Assembly: GCA_964057225.1 (NCBI GenBank)
Contig: OZ059894.1
Span: 6,510,001-6,574,000 of the forward strand
DNA length: 64,000 nt
Source of the DNA: Auanema rhodensis
Lineage: Eukaryota; Animalia; Nematoda
Direction: 5' to 3'
Below, in pieces: positions 1 to 14,056 of this stretch; within the stretch, counting starts at the first letter, position 1, and each line of letters starts with the position of its first letter. The translations under genes were made by a program, and so were the position numbers. The notes beneath the pieces were generated by a model that worked only from the letters and a program-made list of their open reading frames with translations, was not told where the DNA came from and did not search any database.

Positions 1-1997
1 GAATATGATTATAGGTATTCTCGTTTATATTCAAAGCGCGGTAAACGGTGGCGGAAATAAGTAAATGATTCCATTTATTGACGATTCATTTGGCATGAAT
101 GATCGTGTTCAATCCCAAAGCCAAAAAACCGTTTATTTCTCTCATTTGCTCATATTATATTCCTTTGATTCTATTCTCTTCCTATCTATATCCTTCCAAA
201 GTTTTTAATCTTTCCTTCTATTCCTTATGCGATATCCACTCTTCAAAGGCTATGATCTGTATTCAATACCGTATCTAGAGCGAAGAGATGATGTGGAGAA
301 CCTGACCACTTGACCAGGTTAAACACGGATTGACACCCTACTGCCTCACCTGATGACTGATTTTAGAGAACATAAGAGGTAGCCAAGTATATGAGAAGTG
401 ATTCGGTTTCAATGAAGCCGCTCGCCATCGGAAACCCTATAGACTTTTTTGGGTTTGTCTCATACACGTACGTATGTATATCATATGTGTATATATGATT
501 CATTGAAATCTTTATGAATTTATCAGTGTCATGTAGGGTTAAACAACTGACTATTTCAAAGAAAATCATTAGAAAGAGCATATTAGTATAGCTTCATAAA
601 GAAAACATCATAAAGCACTGAAGAGATGGAGAAAAAGGGGGGGGGGAAGAGAAGCAGTAGTACTACTAGTAAGAGATGGTGAAAGATCATTATGTACATT
701 TTGGTCCCTGCTCCTCCTTCTTTTCATTTTCAAGCTTAAGAATTCCTCTTATGCCATTTACATGGTTAATTTTCAAAACGATGAATTGTGTCCCTAACTC
801 TTTTGATTCTCTATCTTTTATTTGTCCGTCAAACTGTATGTTTGATCGATTTCAATATTCATTTTCTCGTTTTGCGTCTCGTCTGCCCTGTTTCCTCTCT
901 CACGTTCACTCTGTCAATTTTATCTTTTTCCTCTCCATCTTCTCAATATCTTTCATATTTTCGTTTGTTCATTCTCTGTTATGCTCTATCATTTTCCCCG
1001 ATTCCTCCAATGTCTATCATTTACTAACGACGAAATTTTCTGCCCCCCCGACCGAAAATACAACAGCAAGGGATTACTGTAGTCGAGTCTGACTATCCCC
1101 CCCCCTCCCCATCAACCAACAATAATACGAAATTTCGTTGCAATAAAGTCTAGATGATGTATCAACAACTTGTTAACCAATCAATATTCTGAAATAAAAA
1201 ATAGAAACTGAAGTTGATTGACTTGTTCATAAAGTTTTTTTTTTGCTTTGCAACATAAAAACTTGACGCTTGTACTGTTGGAACATACAGTACTTCAACA
1301 ACAAAACAACTTTTCGTTTTATAAACTATTTTCCTCAATAACTATGAATATAGGAATTGAAAAGGAAACTAAAAACTATTGAAGGTGAAAATATTACATA
1401 TTTTCAGTCATAAGAAAAATTCTTATTTTCATTTACCTCTTAACAATAATGTGAGAAACTATTCAAGGCCTTGGTTTTATTGCGCAATTTTGGATAGGCA
1501 TAGTTAACATATAGTTTGATTGACATGAAAGATTAAGTGAGACCACAGATGGAACCGGAAAAAGCAACTAGTTGTCTCCGGATTTAGAATTTCCGGCTTT
1601 TAGTTGTCCTAATACACTAATCATACCATTCGGTTCTGAAACCATGAGATTCTACCCTTCCTTAGGTATCTCCTGTTAGATATCCATATGTATGAAATGG
1701 TAGAAAACTAGGTAGTGAATCATGAAATAGATTTTAGATGACAACACAAAACCCTTTTCTGTCTCAATGATCATTGTTTTAGTATAGATAGTGAATTTTG
1801 GTTCTACACATACATGATAATGGAGAAAATAATTATAATTACAGTAACCTGCCCCCCCCCCCCCCCCTACTCTATCAAGTGCATAACTGATCCGTCCAGT
1901 TGTGTAACGAATGCTTAGTTGAGCTGAAAATAGGACTCGAACTGTAGTATCTATACGTATTTCTCTCTTTATTTTTCAACTTTCTCTCATCCTCTCT

Positions 1998-2002
<5 letters not shown>

Positions 2003-2053
<51 letters not shown>
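2003..2053. repeat. (TC)n microsatellite
   Basis: Uninterrupted TC dinucleotide run. Confidence 0.95.
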
Positions 2054-2056
<3 letters not shown>

Positions 2057-4787
2057 TTCATGTATGCCTTTGACCCTTTGTAAGATGAATACACCTGTTA
2101 AATTGAAAAATTCATAATTATTAACTGAATGATTATAAGTAGATTGAGACAATTACTTAATTTCAGTTCTATTATATAATATAATAATCCAGATGATTAC
2201 TGTCCTTATTCTCGTGCAAGATGAACTTTCACGGATACAGGAGACGAGAGTAAAGATGAGACTTTCAGCTGTATTTGCTATGTTGAGAAGATATTAATGT
2301 ATCTACCAAACTGACATTTAACCTTCTAAATCTCAGCATCATATAGCTATTTCTGTCTTACAGAAACATATGAGTTGATGAATACATTGTTCAACTATAT
2401 TATTAGCTATTAGTATCTTTTCCAAATGAATTTGATTATATGAAGAATAGATACAAAAGTGAGAGATAGATTGGATGAGTTAAAGAAAGAAACAGAGAAA
2501 AGCTAAAGAAGCTCAATAGGAAATAGGGGAGGAGAAATAGGAAGAGAGATGAACGAAAACATATTTGGTATAAAGTAACTAGCAAAAGCCAAATGTGTCT
2601 GTTGAGAATCTTTTGTTGACTTTAGAAAAACAGCGTATCCGTGCTGAATGATTCGCACCATTGAAGAGGGTCATTAAACTAATTGAATAGATAAATAACT
2701 GCTGCTCACTATTTCTATGAATTAAGACATCAATTGACTATTGTATATTATGAGAATTCATATGAGAATAGTAAGCTATAGTGCCAGCTGATTCATCATG
2801 TAACTGAGAAACTGATTGAACAGACTCTTGTATAATGAACACATGCTGTATGAGAAGATGATCCATATGTGTATGTACGTAAGAAATCTGACATGAAAAC
2901 ATAATCAAAAATAAAAATACGAATAAGTAAAAGGTAACTTTATATAAATTTTTTGAATATTTGGAAAATATGAAATATATGAAATAAACGTTTTTCCAAG
3001 TTTATTGGAAGATCAATAGTATTGAGCAATTGTTTGGTACGAATGAAACCAATGTAGGCAAGTATGGATGAAGAATAGGAGTGAAATAAGTAGTAGTGTA
3101 CACATAAAGCTAGTCAGAAAAGCTAACCTAGTTGGAGAATTTGTGTTCAACTAGAAAAATATAACTAAGCGACATAGCTTGATTCATTTCATAGTAATGA
3201 TGATGAAGAAAATAGAGGAAGATGGAAGTGATAAACAGATGGAGAAGAGAAGAAGTACTATCCTGTTAAGAAAATTAACATTTAATGTGATTAAATAATC
3301 ATTGGTTGTTGGATGGTTGTATCAAATACCATCCTCAGCTCGTTTTTTGGAAAATTTTCGAATTTGTTGAAACGTGAATTTGGTTCAAACTCAGCTATTT
3401 TTTATTGGATTGAGTTGATGTTTCGCCTTCAGTGGTTAGTGCAGAACAAGTGTCCGTTCGTTATCAGAGGTAGGTGTTGTAGACCGACGCTAAGATGATA
3501 CGACTGAATACCAACAAGAAATGTATGTAGCTAGAAGTTGTGATGTAGAAGCGTTTCTAGACGAATATAGCTGATATCCGGAGTGCTACTTCTACTTTAG
3601 CTGATGCAACTGAGTCCGTCTGGACTGAAGATAGGATGAGATGTACGAGGATCAGCCGGGTTTAGCCTCTCAAAAAGCTTTCTGCAATGTCTGAAAGCCG
3701 CAAGAAGGATAATGATGAAGTTCTTGAAAAACGTTAGATCAGATTCTTACCTATTCCAAGGTTTTCATGCTTCCTTGTGTACGCAACGATAATTTTGCAG
3801 TCAACACAAATATATAACAAAGTAGCTCCATTCGTATTTCGTTGTAAGTTTAGATTAGTTCAGAAGAGCTTGAAAAACCAATGAATTGTTTGTATTTACA
3901 TGTTTAAGAATTGTTCTGAAACAAGCTTGAAACATAGTTTTTGATCTCTGAAGCCTGAACCCCCTAAGCTTTGCGGTATCTATTAATATATTAACTGCAT
4001 AGATATATCTTACCTTCTTCAGAATGGTGTCATCATACCATGTTAGATCTACAGACTGATAGAAAGACTCTATTGAGCATAGAACGAGAGTGTTTCAAAG
4101 ATACAGAGAATAAAGAAGAGAAAACATAAAAGAAGAGAAGACGACAGAGAGAAAAGCGCGAAAGCCAAAGAGCAAGCCGCTAATCTGGTCCGATGTCGAA
4201 GCTATTGTCTTTTCTGTCCACTTCGCTCCTCTTCTTTGAGTTGACCCGAGAATGATAGACTGTCCTATCACTATTTATTTGAATGAAATTTTGTGTTTAT
4301 TGGCCCAACATACCGTCCCAAAAAGGAAATTCCCGCATATTAAACATGTTAATACCTATACACACAAAGCGTTTAATCGGTCGGATTCTTTCGCACCAGC
4401 CGTTCTAGAACTCAAGATACTTTTTTTAATAATTGGTGTTTATTATTTAAATATAATAATTTTGAACAGATCTTTGAAAAAAGTTGATTTATTATCAATT
4501 AATATCTGTTTGTATCAACTGAAACACTAGCTGTGAAATATCATGTGATAATAGTTGAGGGTTTCCTAATAACTTTAGTAATCATTATAAACCTTTGAAT
4601 CTTTCCAGCCTCAAGCGTGAAAAGTTTTTTGAACTTCAGTAAGATTTTCCAATGCCTAATAACCACTCTCGTTGTTTTTAATCGTCTGCGCGAACGAATA
4701 CCTTTAGAATTGGAGGACTTATTTCGTATCTTGTCCTTTAGAATCCGCAAAAACCAGCGCCGTCCCAACGACAACTATCGACCACAT

Positions 4788-4823
4788 TGATGATGATGAT
4801 GATGATGATGATGATGACGATGA
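4788..4823. repeat. (TGA)n microsatellite
   Basis: About 12 TGA units with one variant unit. Confidence 0.9.
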
Positions 4824-7800
4824 TTTGGAAATATGGGTTGGGATTAGCATACTGTATCAGAATGATGATGGTAGAACACAACCCACGAACCTTGTTCATC
4901 GTCGAAACTTCAACCAGCTAGGCCATTCAACAATCCAACAACCAGAGCAGGCACAACTATCTCATGTATAGTTTAAGCGCTTAACGAATAGAAACTAGTT
5001 TTGATTTCTATATAGTCACTCGTGGTTCATATCTACGTAGAAAAAACACAATTCTTAGTTTTACGACTCCAAAGGTGAATGTAATTGAAAACTTATAAAC
5101 AGTTTTATTCAAAATTTTATTCTGCAATAACAAGCTTGTCTCGTCATTTCCTTTTTCATTTCACTAATACAAAAATATGCATCTTGTATATGCTCTATAA
5201 CATAGATACGTAAACAAAATGTTTAAGCTGAATCGGAACTGAAACTGAAATCACTAACTACTATCTCTATGAATATCGGAAGAAGATGAAGAAGTGAATG
5301 AGAGACATAGCAAAAACCCTTCGAAGTGTTATACATAGTTCTTCCTGTTTGGATATGATGAACCAGAAATCGACCTCCAGGTTGACCCCTAACGAAAAGG
5401 ATTATGAGCTGTAGGTCCGTGTGCCTAATCGGCCGCAGCTGTCTGTTGGACCAGCACAGTCTCGTCCGAAAAGGTTACCTTTTGGAGAACAAACTGAAGA
5501 ATCATCCCTAGATCTTTATCCAAGATATACACAGGAGCTCAAGTTGAGAAAGAATTCAAACCACCTGGTTACTCATCTAATAATAATTGCAAACGTATTT
5601 TCCTAACTATGTATATACTCGGAGCAGTTCAGAATATCTTCAAACTTAGGAAATACCGCTGGCCCTCTCAAGTTTATGAGTTTAATTGCAAAAACAGCTA
5701 CCCTGGCATGAAAATTCAGCAAAATGTGAGATACATCATCACAGATGGCAGAAATATATACGCCTATATGGTACTGATGTTCCGTTCTACACACCCGTAC
5801 CTCTTGTGTCCATTCAATCCCCTCTCATCCACTCGGCGCTTTCTTCTCCATTAACAACATCCCCATGAACTCTCTGAACATGATGATGATTATTGTAGAG
5901 AACATTTATGAAGTTAGCCTTATCAGAGACTCTCAGCTAAAACTTGGAGACAAAACTTGATTAGGTTTTGGTCACATTAACTGTTTACATTCCGCCTACA
6001 CATGTACATACACATATACACGCTATACAACACAGTACGTTCTCAGACCAAGCATTTTTGAATTTTCCCTTTCTCTGTTTCTTTCTCTCTCTCTAATTTT
6101 TCACAATCTTTGCATTTTCTCTTCTTTCTATACTCTCATGATCGTCTTTTCTATCTTTTCATTTCACTCTTTCTATGCCTCTATCTCTTCATTCACTGCC
6201 TCTTACCATCCTCTCTGTCTATTTTCACATATGCTTACCTTATCAGCAGCAAAAGAAATGAAGGATTATTGTCACTTAGGGAGGGGCAAATTGTCTTTTC
6301 ACTCTCAATAAATCATCACATCCTATTACTATTGATTTAATAGTTTACTTTTTCAACATTATACAAACTTTTTTACGACTTTTTTAAATAACCGTCTTTG
6401 TTTCGGAAATTGTGATGATAATTTATTACAAATTTTTATTGAACTGATTAACAATATCAGTAATAAGCTCACATGCTTCTTATCTATCTTATCTGAAGCT
6501 CAAAAACATTCTAAGCTGGCAAAAGTCTTTTGTCATTCTAGGAGGTGCTACTAGTCTATTATAATATTTTTTCTCAAAATAAACATTATTTATACAAAAC
6601 AAAAACAATAAAAAAACAAATTGTTTTTATGTGATTCCAGGATTCAACGCAGAGAATTTACTAACACAGATTCATAGTTTCTTGTGCTCCTTCTAAGTAC
6701 GCTGTAGAATTGAAGCTTTTGTCATTTCTCGTAAAAGCTTGCGTTAGCATTACTCACTTTCGTCAAAGATACGAGTGATTGAAGCAATTATTCTCTCTAG
6801 CTTCATCATTTCATAATTTGTTTTTTCGAGCTCCATATCATGTTTTCAGAATAATCAATTATATTCATGAAATATTGTACTTAATTTTCTTGATTGTTCT
6901 CCAGTATATTATAAATTAGTAATTGAAAATGATCTGTACGGATTATTTGTAAGTATAGCCCCTGGGAACTTAGTTTCCTTCCTTTTCGAAACATCAGATC
7001 AAATGAAACTATTATTCTCGTTTTTCTCTCAATGTCATCTGATTCTTATTTTAAATATATATTGCAGTTATCGATACTTTTTAAACTTATGTTTTCATGA
7101 ATCGCAATCTACTATGCATTCAGACAAACGTGAGGTTCCAAAACATCATATCAGACAAGTATATGAAATGATAACTACATTAGTGAAGAAAGAAAATAAG
7201 AATGTGATAGATAGCATGACAACGAAAGATAGGTATAGAAAGTTGATAGAGAAGCAACCGATCATCACATCAGCAATCCGAAAAATGTACAACCTACCGG
7301 AGTTTGAATATTATAAGATGTTAATTGACTAACATATGCGTAACAAAGAAGGAACGGCAAACAAATTAGAAAATGGTTCCGATTTTGAAAGATTGATCAG
7401 ACTGATATGTCTATTGAGGATATATTTTCCATTAGACAAATTATCTTTTTTTGTCCACAACATTGATTTATTGCAGATGTACATATGCTTACCTTGAGCT
7501 TCATCGTTTATATTCACACTGATTTGCCTATTTCATTTTAATTTCATTTTTTGTTGTATACTCTCTCATCGTCTTCCTCTCCTATACCTCCTCATTCATT
7601 TTTCTTTTATCATTAATGATATATTTCAATCTTTTTAATGAATTTAAATGAAACTATTTTTCTTTTTTTTAAATTCTCTTTATCTTTTATTATCGCAAAA
7701 TGTTTTATTTGTACTATTTCTGGTAGATATATGGATATCTGTACGAAGACTTGTCTCTATTTCGCCATCAAACAATTTTTTTGTTCAAGTTTTTGTCTAC

Positions 7801-8232
7801 TTTACTATATGCTTATCTTGAAAATACTCGATTATCTCTTTAAGTATATCACTTTAAATTTATTTTCTTCTTTTTTTCATTCACAGATCAAACTATATTA
7901 TTCAGGATACTTCAAGTTATGCTCATATTCAAGCTGTACTTGAAATAGCATATGGCGTCAATTACATAGTACTTTTTACTTTTGTCACTTCATAAATTCA
8001 TAGAGAGCACACAAAAAAAGATTCTTCTTCCGTTTTCAATTCAGAGCTTCTCCTTCTTCGGTTAAAAGAGAAAATTTGTTTGTAAGCTATGTTTGACGTA
8101 CTGACGACGTCAGTAGCTAGGTAAGGCTATGCTTCACCAAGCGTAGCTGTTTTGTGGGCTCTACGTGCACATCTCTTCATTTGTGTCTTCTCTCTCAACC
8201 GTAGCTTTCATGTATATTAGTTTTTCCCAAGT

Positions 8233-8239
8233 CTCTCCC

Positions 8240-8287
<48 letters not shown>

Positions 8288-8335
8288 CATACCTATCTAT
8301 CTATCTATCTATCTATCTATCATTCTCTCTCTCTA
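8233..8335. repeat. Compound (CT)n/(CTAT)n microsatellite
   Basis: CT run grading into imperfect CTAT tetranucleotide units. Confidence 0.9.
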
Positions 8336-8959
8336 AAAAGCTCTTATATGCTTGTTCACTTTCCAATTTCTTAATCTACTATCTCCCAATACAGTTTTCC
8401 GTTCTCTTCTTTTCCACCACCCGATGATGATGATCCGAAGCAATAGTCCCAGTACCCCCCGAATTTACCGTAATCGCCACGTCGTCCATTATAACCATCA
8501 TCATCCTCATTTTCAACGAAGCAATTATGTCGTTGATGTTACATAAACACCAGACAGAGCAGATTTTAGCTGGTCCATCAATTTTAGGGTACATAGAACA
8601 ACATTTTCATTTTTATCCTAAGCCACAAACCTTTTTGTAAAACACATTTCGTCATTGTAATTCAAATTTGAATCAAAGTGTAGATGATAATGTGATAACC
8701 TGATATTTGATCTGAAAAATATATAGTTCTCATAAGAACATTCAAAAACTAATGACAAATTAAGTGCGTTGTTATTGTTTGGTCGTTGGTTTCCTGTTCT
8801 TCTCTTCTTTTCTTATTCTTCTCATTTCTTTTATTTCTCGGCTACCTAATCATGAACCAGCTCCAAATTTTTGGATGGCATTAACTTTTTAAACATATAT
8901 ATCCTTAATGCTTCCTGGCAACTTTAATACTTAAAGAGGCTCTCCAAACGGTTAACAAG

Positions 8960-9350
8960 AGCAATGGGCGTGGCATAGGAGGCTGCCAGTCGCACTGCTA
9001 TTGGCTGGCGCCTGTGGGCGGGGCCAACAAGCAAGATACTGTGCGCATCAATAGAGAATCTAGGCAACAGAATGAGATCAGAGAGTACTGTTCGCGAAGA
9101 GAGGAGGGTAAGAAAGTTGGGCGTGGTCCTGGATTGTTCAAAATCGCATTGAGGCAGCTGAGCCGAGGCTCGCGCACCGTAGCCGACCGTCTAATTCCAG
9201 TAGGGTTTATCGTAATCCTAAAGGATGATGTGATAGGCTTATCGCGTCGAGACCCAGCTCATCCTCGCTTGGCACCGGAAGAACCCTTTAAGAGGTTTTC
9301 TCCTCTCCACGGCGCAGTACAGCTAACCCATCAGCACAATCGTCGCCGTT
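8960..9350 (+). promoter_or_regulatory. GC-rich promoter-like island upstream of ttx-1
   Basis: Sharp GC rise against an AT-rich background. GC/GT boxes GGGCGTGGC (~8966), GGGCGGGGCC (~9016) and GGGCGTGGTC (~9119), ATTGG (~9000) and TAATCC (~9213). A donor-like GAG|GTGAGC follows at 9494/9495. Confidence 0.5.
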
Positions 9351-11960
9351 CAGAAGGTTATGAACTCACAGGAGACGCTTGAAAGTTTGGAAGCATTGCT
9401 GAACAATGCATCCAAACTGCCACTGTTTAATAGCTGCTCTGTTGTGGAGGATCTGGTGCCAAGTTGAAGAATGAAATTCGGGTAGCGATGTGAGGTGAGC
9501 CTCTTTCGTTTATTTTTTTTGTTCTCCATCTCCTTATACATTTTGCTGTCGAACTTCTTTGTTATATTGTAAAACTTGGACTGTTTTCTTTTGAAACGTT
9601 ATTCTCTGATTTGTTCCTTATTCTCTTATTCGTTTTCTCAATACCTATTGTATTCAGTTAGTGTGAGCAAACTAACGAAACATTTTGCGAATAGAGCACT
9701 GTTCCTTGTGTCACAAAATTTACAAAAAAAGTTCCTAATTAGTCTGAATACGCTAAATTCGATAATAAAGCAATATTCTCCCTATCTATTTAACACTAAT
9801 ATAAAACAATTCCTAGTTATTTTCAATATAGCTGACGATTATCAGAACAAGCCGGTTCTTCACAAGCAGTCGCAGCGCTTCATGAAAACTCATATGAGAT
9901 ACAAAGAATGAAGAACTGCTGACCCTCAGAAGAAGGATTGTCGTTCCTATTCTGATATCCTTCTCTCATCCCTTTTTCGTTTTGATTTGAAGAAACAATT
10001 TTGTTGAAACATTTGTGTTTTATCTTGTTATTGTCATATGATAGTAAGCTATATTTATCTCGATTTCTCTGCAAATGTTGCATTATAAGAACCATTTTTG
10101 TTCTTTACAGTATAGTTAAAAATTCATTTTATCTCAAATTTCTAATTTAATCACAGAGCTGATTACTGAAAAAGGTTGCTTTGGCTTGTAATTCAGTTTT
10201 TGTGAATACATCCATAAATAGTTTTTTCGCATGAACTCCCAGGCACTTGTTCGCTTTTTCCACTGTTTTTCTGTTTTTCTAGCTCTGGAGTTTTTTCTTA
10301 AATTTCCACCTCAAATTTGCTTCCTCGGATACGCTCATCGCGTCTTCGTGTTGTTTTTCACTTTTGAACGTACTCACTGTTCTAAGCACAATATTTTGTT
10401 GTCCAAATGGTTTTATTTGCCATTCAAAGCTACAGTAGGATAGTTTTGTCTAATAACTATAGATATAGTACCGTAAATCGGAAGAAGAGAAAATGAGATA
10501 GAGAAATAGAGAGAAAAAGAGAAAGAGAAAGGAAACATGCCTAATTGGGTTCTTTCAAGTTTGAGTTTTCCTTCTATGAAAACTCGTACATTCCATTACT
10601 TCTCAGCTCGAATTGTTGGATTTCTATCATTCTCGAAACTTCATCTTTTACTTCCAAAATATTATTTCTTAGATTTTATTCTAGAATCTCTTCTATATTT
10701 CTTGAAATATCAAAGAAATATTTCAATTATTTATATGCTATTTCATTTTCCAAAAAAATGTTTAGTGAATCCTTAAAGAGAAAAAAATTCCTTGTAACCC
10801 TATTGATCGTTGACTGTAATCGAGGCCTGTGCTCTATCACCTTCAACACACATACAGATACACACGACGGACGAACGAAGGCTCATTCCTCGACTAAGAG
10901 CCAGTCAAGGCATGCTAGAGAGGGAAGAAAGAGAGAAAAATGATGAGAGAGTAAAGAAAGTAAAGAGAGAGAAAAACATAGTTGAGAGAAAAAAAGAAAG
11001 AGAAATATACACAGAACCGTCGGGTCTACCTCAATTTTCCTTTGTTAGTTCATCGCCACTTACAATTCTTTACTTCAATTTTCATGCTACTCCAGTTCCT
11101 CAATCTTGCAAAACTCTCTTCTGAAGTCATCTGTGTATACTGCGATAAGATGTCAAAACCATTTTTGTATTAATAAAAAAAAATACAAAATCAATTCATC
11201 ATATTACTAATCAGTCGGATCATTACTATTGGATATTTCTATTGAAAATATATATTTGGAAATAGTATGATAAAGTCCAATAATAGATGGAACAACAAAC
11301 CATCGTTTCGATGGATTAGATATTACAGTGGGAGAGATCAGTTATCATTTTCAAAAGATATATATTTCCATTAGCTTATTAGAAAAATGTTTTTCCATAT
11401 TTCAGCTTTAATTTCTCCGTTTCTTAATCCAACACCGTTTCTATTATACTGAGAGGTAGCACAAGGCATGATAGATAGAACGATTTTTAGAGAATATAGA
11501 GATAAAGAGAAAAATATATTTAAGAAAATGAAATAATGTAAAAGTAGAACAAAAATCTAATAAGTGAGAGCGATATAGAGTTAGAAAGCTTGAGAGATAG
11601 AAGAGATAAATGAAAAAAACTGAGAGACTTGAGATAAATTTTGCAAAAGATGGAAAGAGGAAATAGAATGTAATTGAAAAAACTCTTCGTGATTGTCTAC
11701 ATTGAATCCATAATCCATTTCATTTAATATAATATTTTCCAATTGTTTTAATATAGATATTTTCTGAATTAATTTGATATTATATAATGCTTTCGTCGAC
11801 TCCTCCCATCATTCTTCGAGCTTTGTCATTTGACTACAGTTCCAACGAGAATACTCTGCAAAAAAACTTTTTACTCTTCCTACTAATATCTTTTGATCAT
11901 ACTTCTCACTTCCATAACTTCTTTCTCAGTTACTCTTTCTATTTTATATTATTTCAGCCA

Positions 11961-14056
11961 ATGAACTATATACCTTCTGTCTCAACTGCAGCTGCTGCTA
12001 ATATGTCTTCAATGGCCAATATGACTGCCGCTTATTTTGGAAAAGGAGCCTATGCTACTCCTCATCTTGGATTTTCTGCTCCACCATCTCACAACATTTT
12101 ACCAGCTGGAATGGGATATTTCGGTGGTAGCTTAACCGACTGTCAGCCAGGACTCGGATGGAATGCTTCAACTCAACCAAAGTTCGTTGTTTTCCATGTC
12201 TTTTTCTTTGAAAAGAAAAACAATCATTTGAAAAAATAGAAAGATTTATAAACTTAAAAACAAAAAGTAAATGATGTATGTGGGTAAGGTTCTTAATATA
12301 CCATACATACTTCGCATGCTTGTATATGACGACTTACTACAAGTATATTTTAAAATATATATAGGAAATTGTTAATTTATCTGAAATAGTTTCACTTTCA
12401 TTTACAGACACGAAACTGCTAATATTATTAATAATATTTAAATTTATATAAGTTATTATAAAGCTGACTAGTTCTATAGTTGTTAAAAAGTTAATATTCT
12501 TTGATGGAGATTAAAGGTCTTATCACAGCTTTTTGAATAGTAGATGAGAGAATGATAAGAATTGCTGTTAAGAATATTAGAAGCAGGTACAAGCTCTTCT
12601 AATAATCTTAATGCAATTTCTTGTTGCATATAGTTAGTTTAGATAGCACATATATAGATTGATTAGGTCATTTCAAACCGAGATAGTATACTATACTACA
12701 TACAAACATAGTATTTTCCTTACGGGAGTACATTCTTCTTATTACAGCTTCAGGAAGCAACGCCGTGAACGAACCACATTTACAAGATCTCAATTAGAAA
12801 TTTTGGAAGGATTCTTTGCTAAAACACGTTACCCAGACATTTTCATGCGAGAAGAAATGGCAAATAAAATTCAGCTTCCGGAAAGTCGGGTTCAGGTAAA
12901 TTCTACATCTTTATTTCAATTATCAGAAGAAAAATGTGATCTTTGGCATAGATTTTCGCTCTAAGACCAAAATTCTTTTGTTCTCGAGGTCTCTCGTTTT
13001 CTTTTTTTTTCACCAGTTCGTACGAAAACTTGGCTTTCTTTCCGTACTACAGCCGCGCGAGGACGACCCTTCTTCGCTCACCCGTTGCGGCCACATACCG
13101 TAATCCTGAAAGCAAATAGACTTGAATTGATCGACTTTGCCTTCCTCCCCGAAGGCCCATTACGTACAAAAGATGGCTAGGGACCGAATAAATAGCCAGC
13201 AGTTTTATTTTTTTTTGATGGCATCCCTGATTTTGAAGTTATAACGGAGTTTTTAATATAATATAAATAGTGATACGTATATTATTCTTTAAACATAATA
13301 TGAACTTATTTTTACTTCAGTATAAAATGTTTTTAATTAAGGTTTGGTTCAAAAACCGTCGTGCTAAAGCTCGTCAGCAGAAAAAGGCTCAAAACAATGG
13401 CGGTTCATCTAGCGGCTCATCATCCACAGAAGGAAACACAAGCACAACTGAATCAGAGCAAGTTGTGGTAAGCATTCTTATTTAATCATATAATCAAAAT
13501 TATGTTTAATACAAACTGATAATTTAGGTAAAATCAGAAGAGCCCAGTGAAAGTAATATGTCTGATAACACACAGTCTCCAGCTACAATGACAAATGTAG
13601 AGAGTATTGACACGAAGCCAGTTGTTCCCCCATATCTGCCTACTGTATCACCGTCAGTATATGGCCGGCCTCAAGCACAATATACAACATACGGTTAGTA
13701 TAGATCACAATTTCACTTTTTTTTCTGAAGAGAAAAAACTTTTTATTTGGAATGAAAAATTGAAAAGATGATCACTCATAATATACCAATAGTTTGCTTA
13801 ACCACTCCTCTCATGACTCAGTGACTTCTCACTAGTTCTATCCTGTTTAGCTTCTCTCATTTCTATTTTTTAACAAAACATGAATGCAAATATCTTTTTT
13901 CTGACACATTATTAGCAGAAATATCTCAAAATATTATCCATTTCAGGAGGTTATCCATCTATGGAAGCATACTTCCCGTACACGCAGCCCATGTCAACTG
14001 CCACAAGCCAGTACTCAATGGATCAGTACAATAATAAATTTCAAACCATTCCATAG
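11961..14056 (+). CDS. ttx-1: Otx/otd-class K50 homeodomain transcription factor; exons 11961-12181, 12754-12895, 13342-13467, 13528-13693, 13947-14056 (an upstream exon is possible)
   Basis: Spliced homeodomain [47 protein letters not shown]|[13 protein letters not shown] with K50. All introns are GT-AG with consistent phases. The C-terminus NNKFQTIP* resembles the Otx tail. Confidence 0.93.

Noticed and set aside
350-380. CTGATGA hammerhead-core-like motif
   Set aside because: No correctly placed GAAA or supporting stems.
363-11173. Short ORFs in the ORF track upstream of ttx-1
   Set aside because: Low-complexity F/L/S/I- or E/R/K-rich translations of AT-rich and CT/GA-rich DNA, with no recognisable domains.
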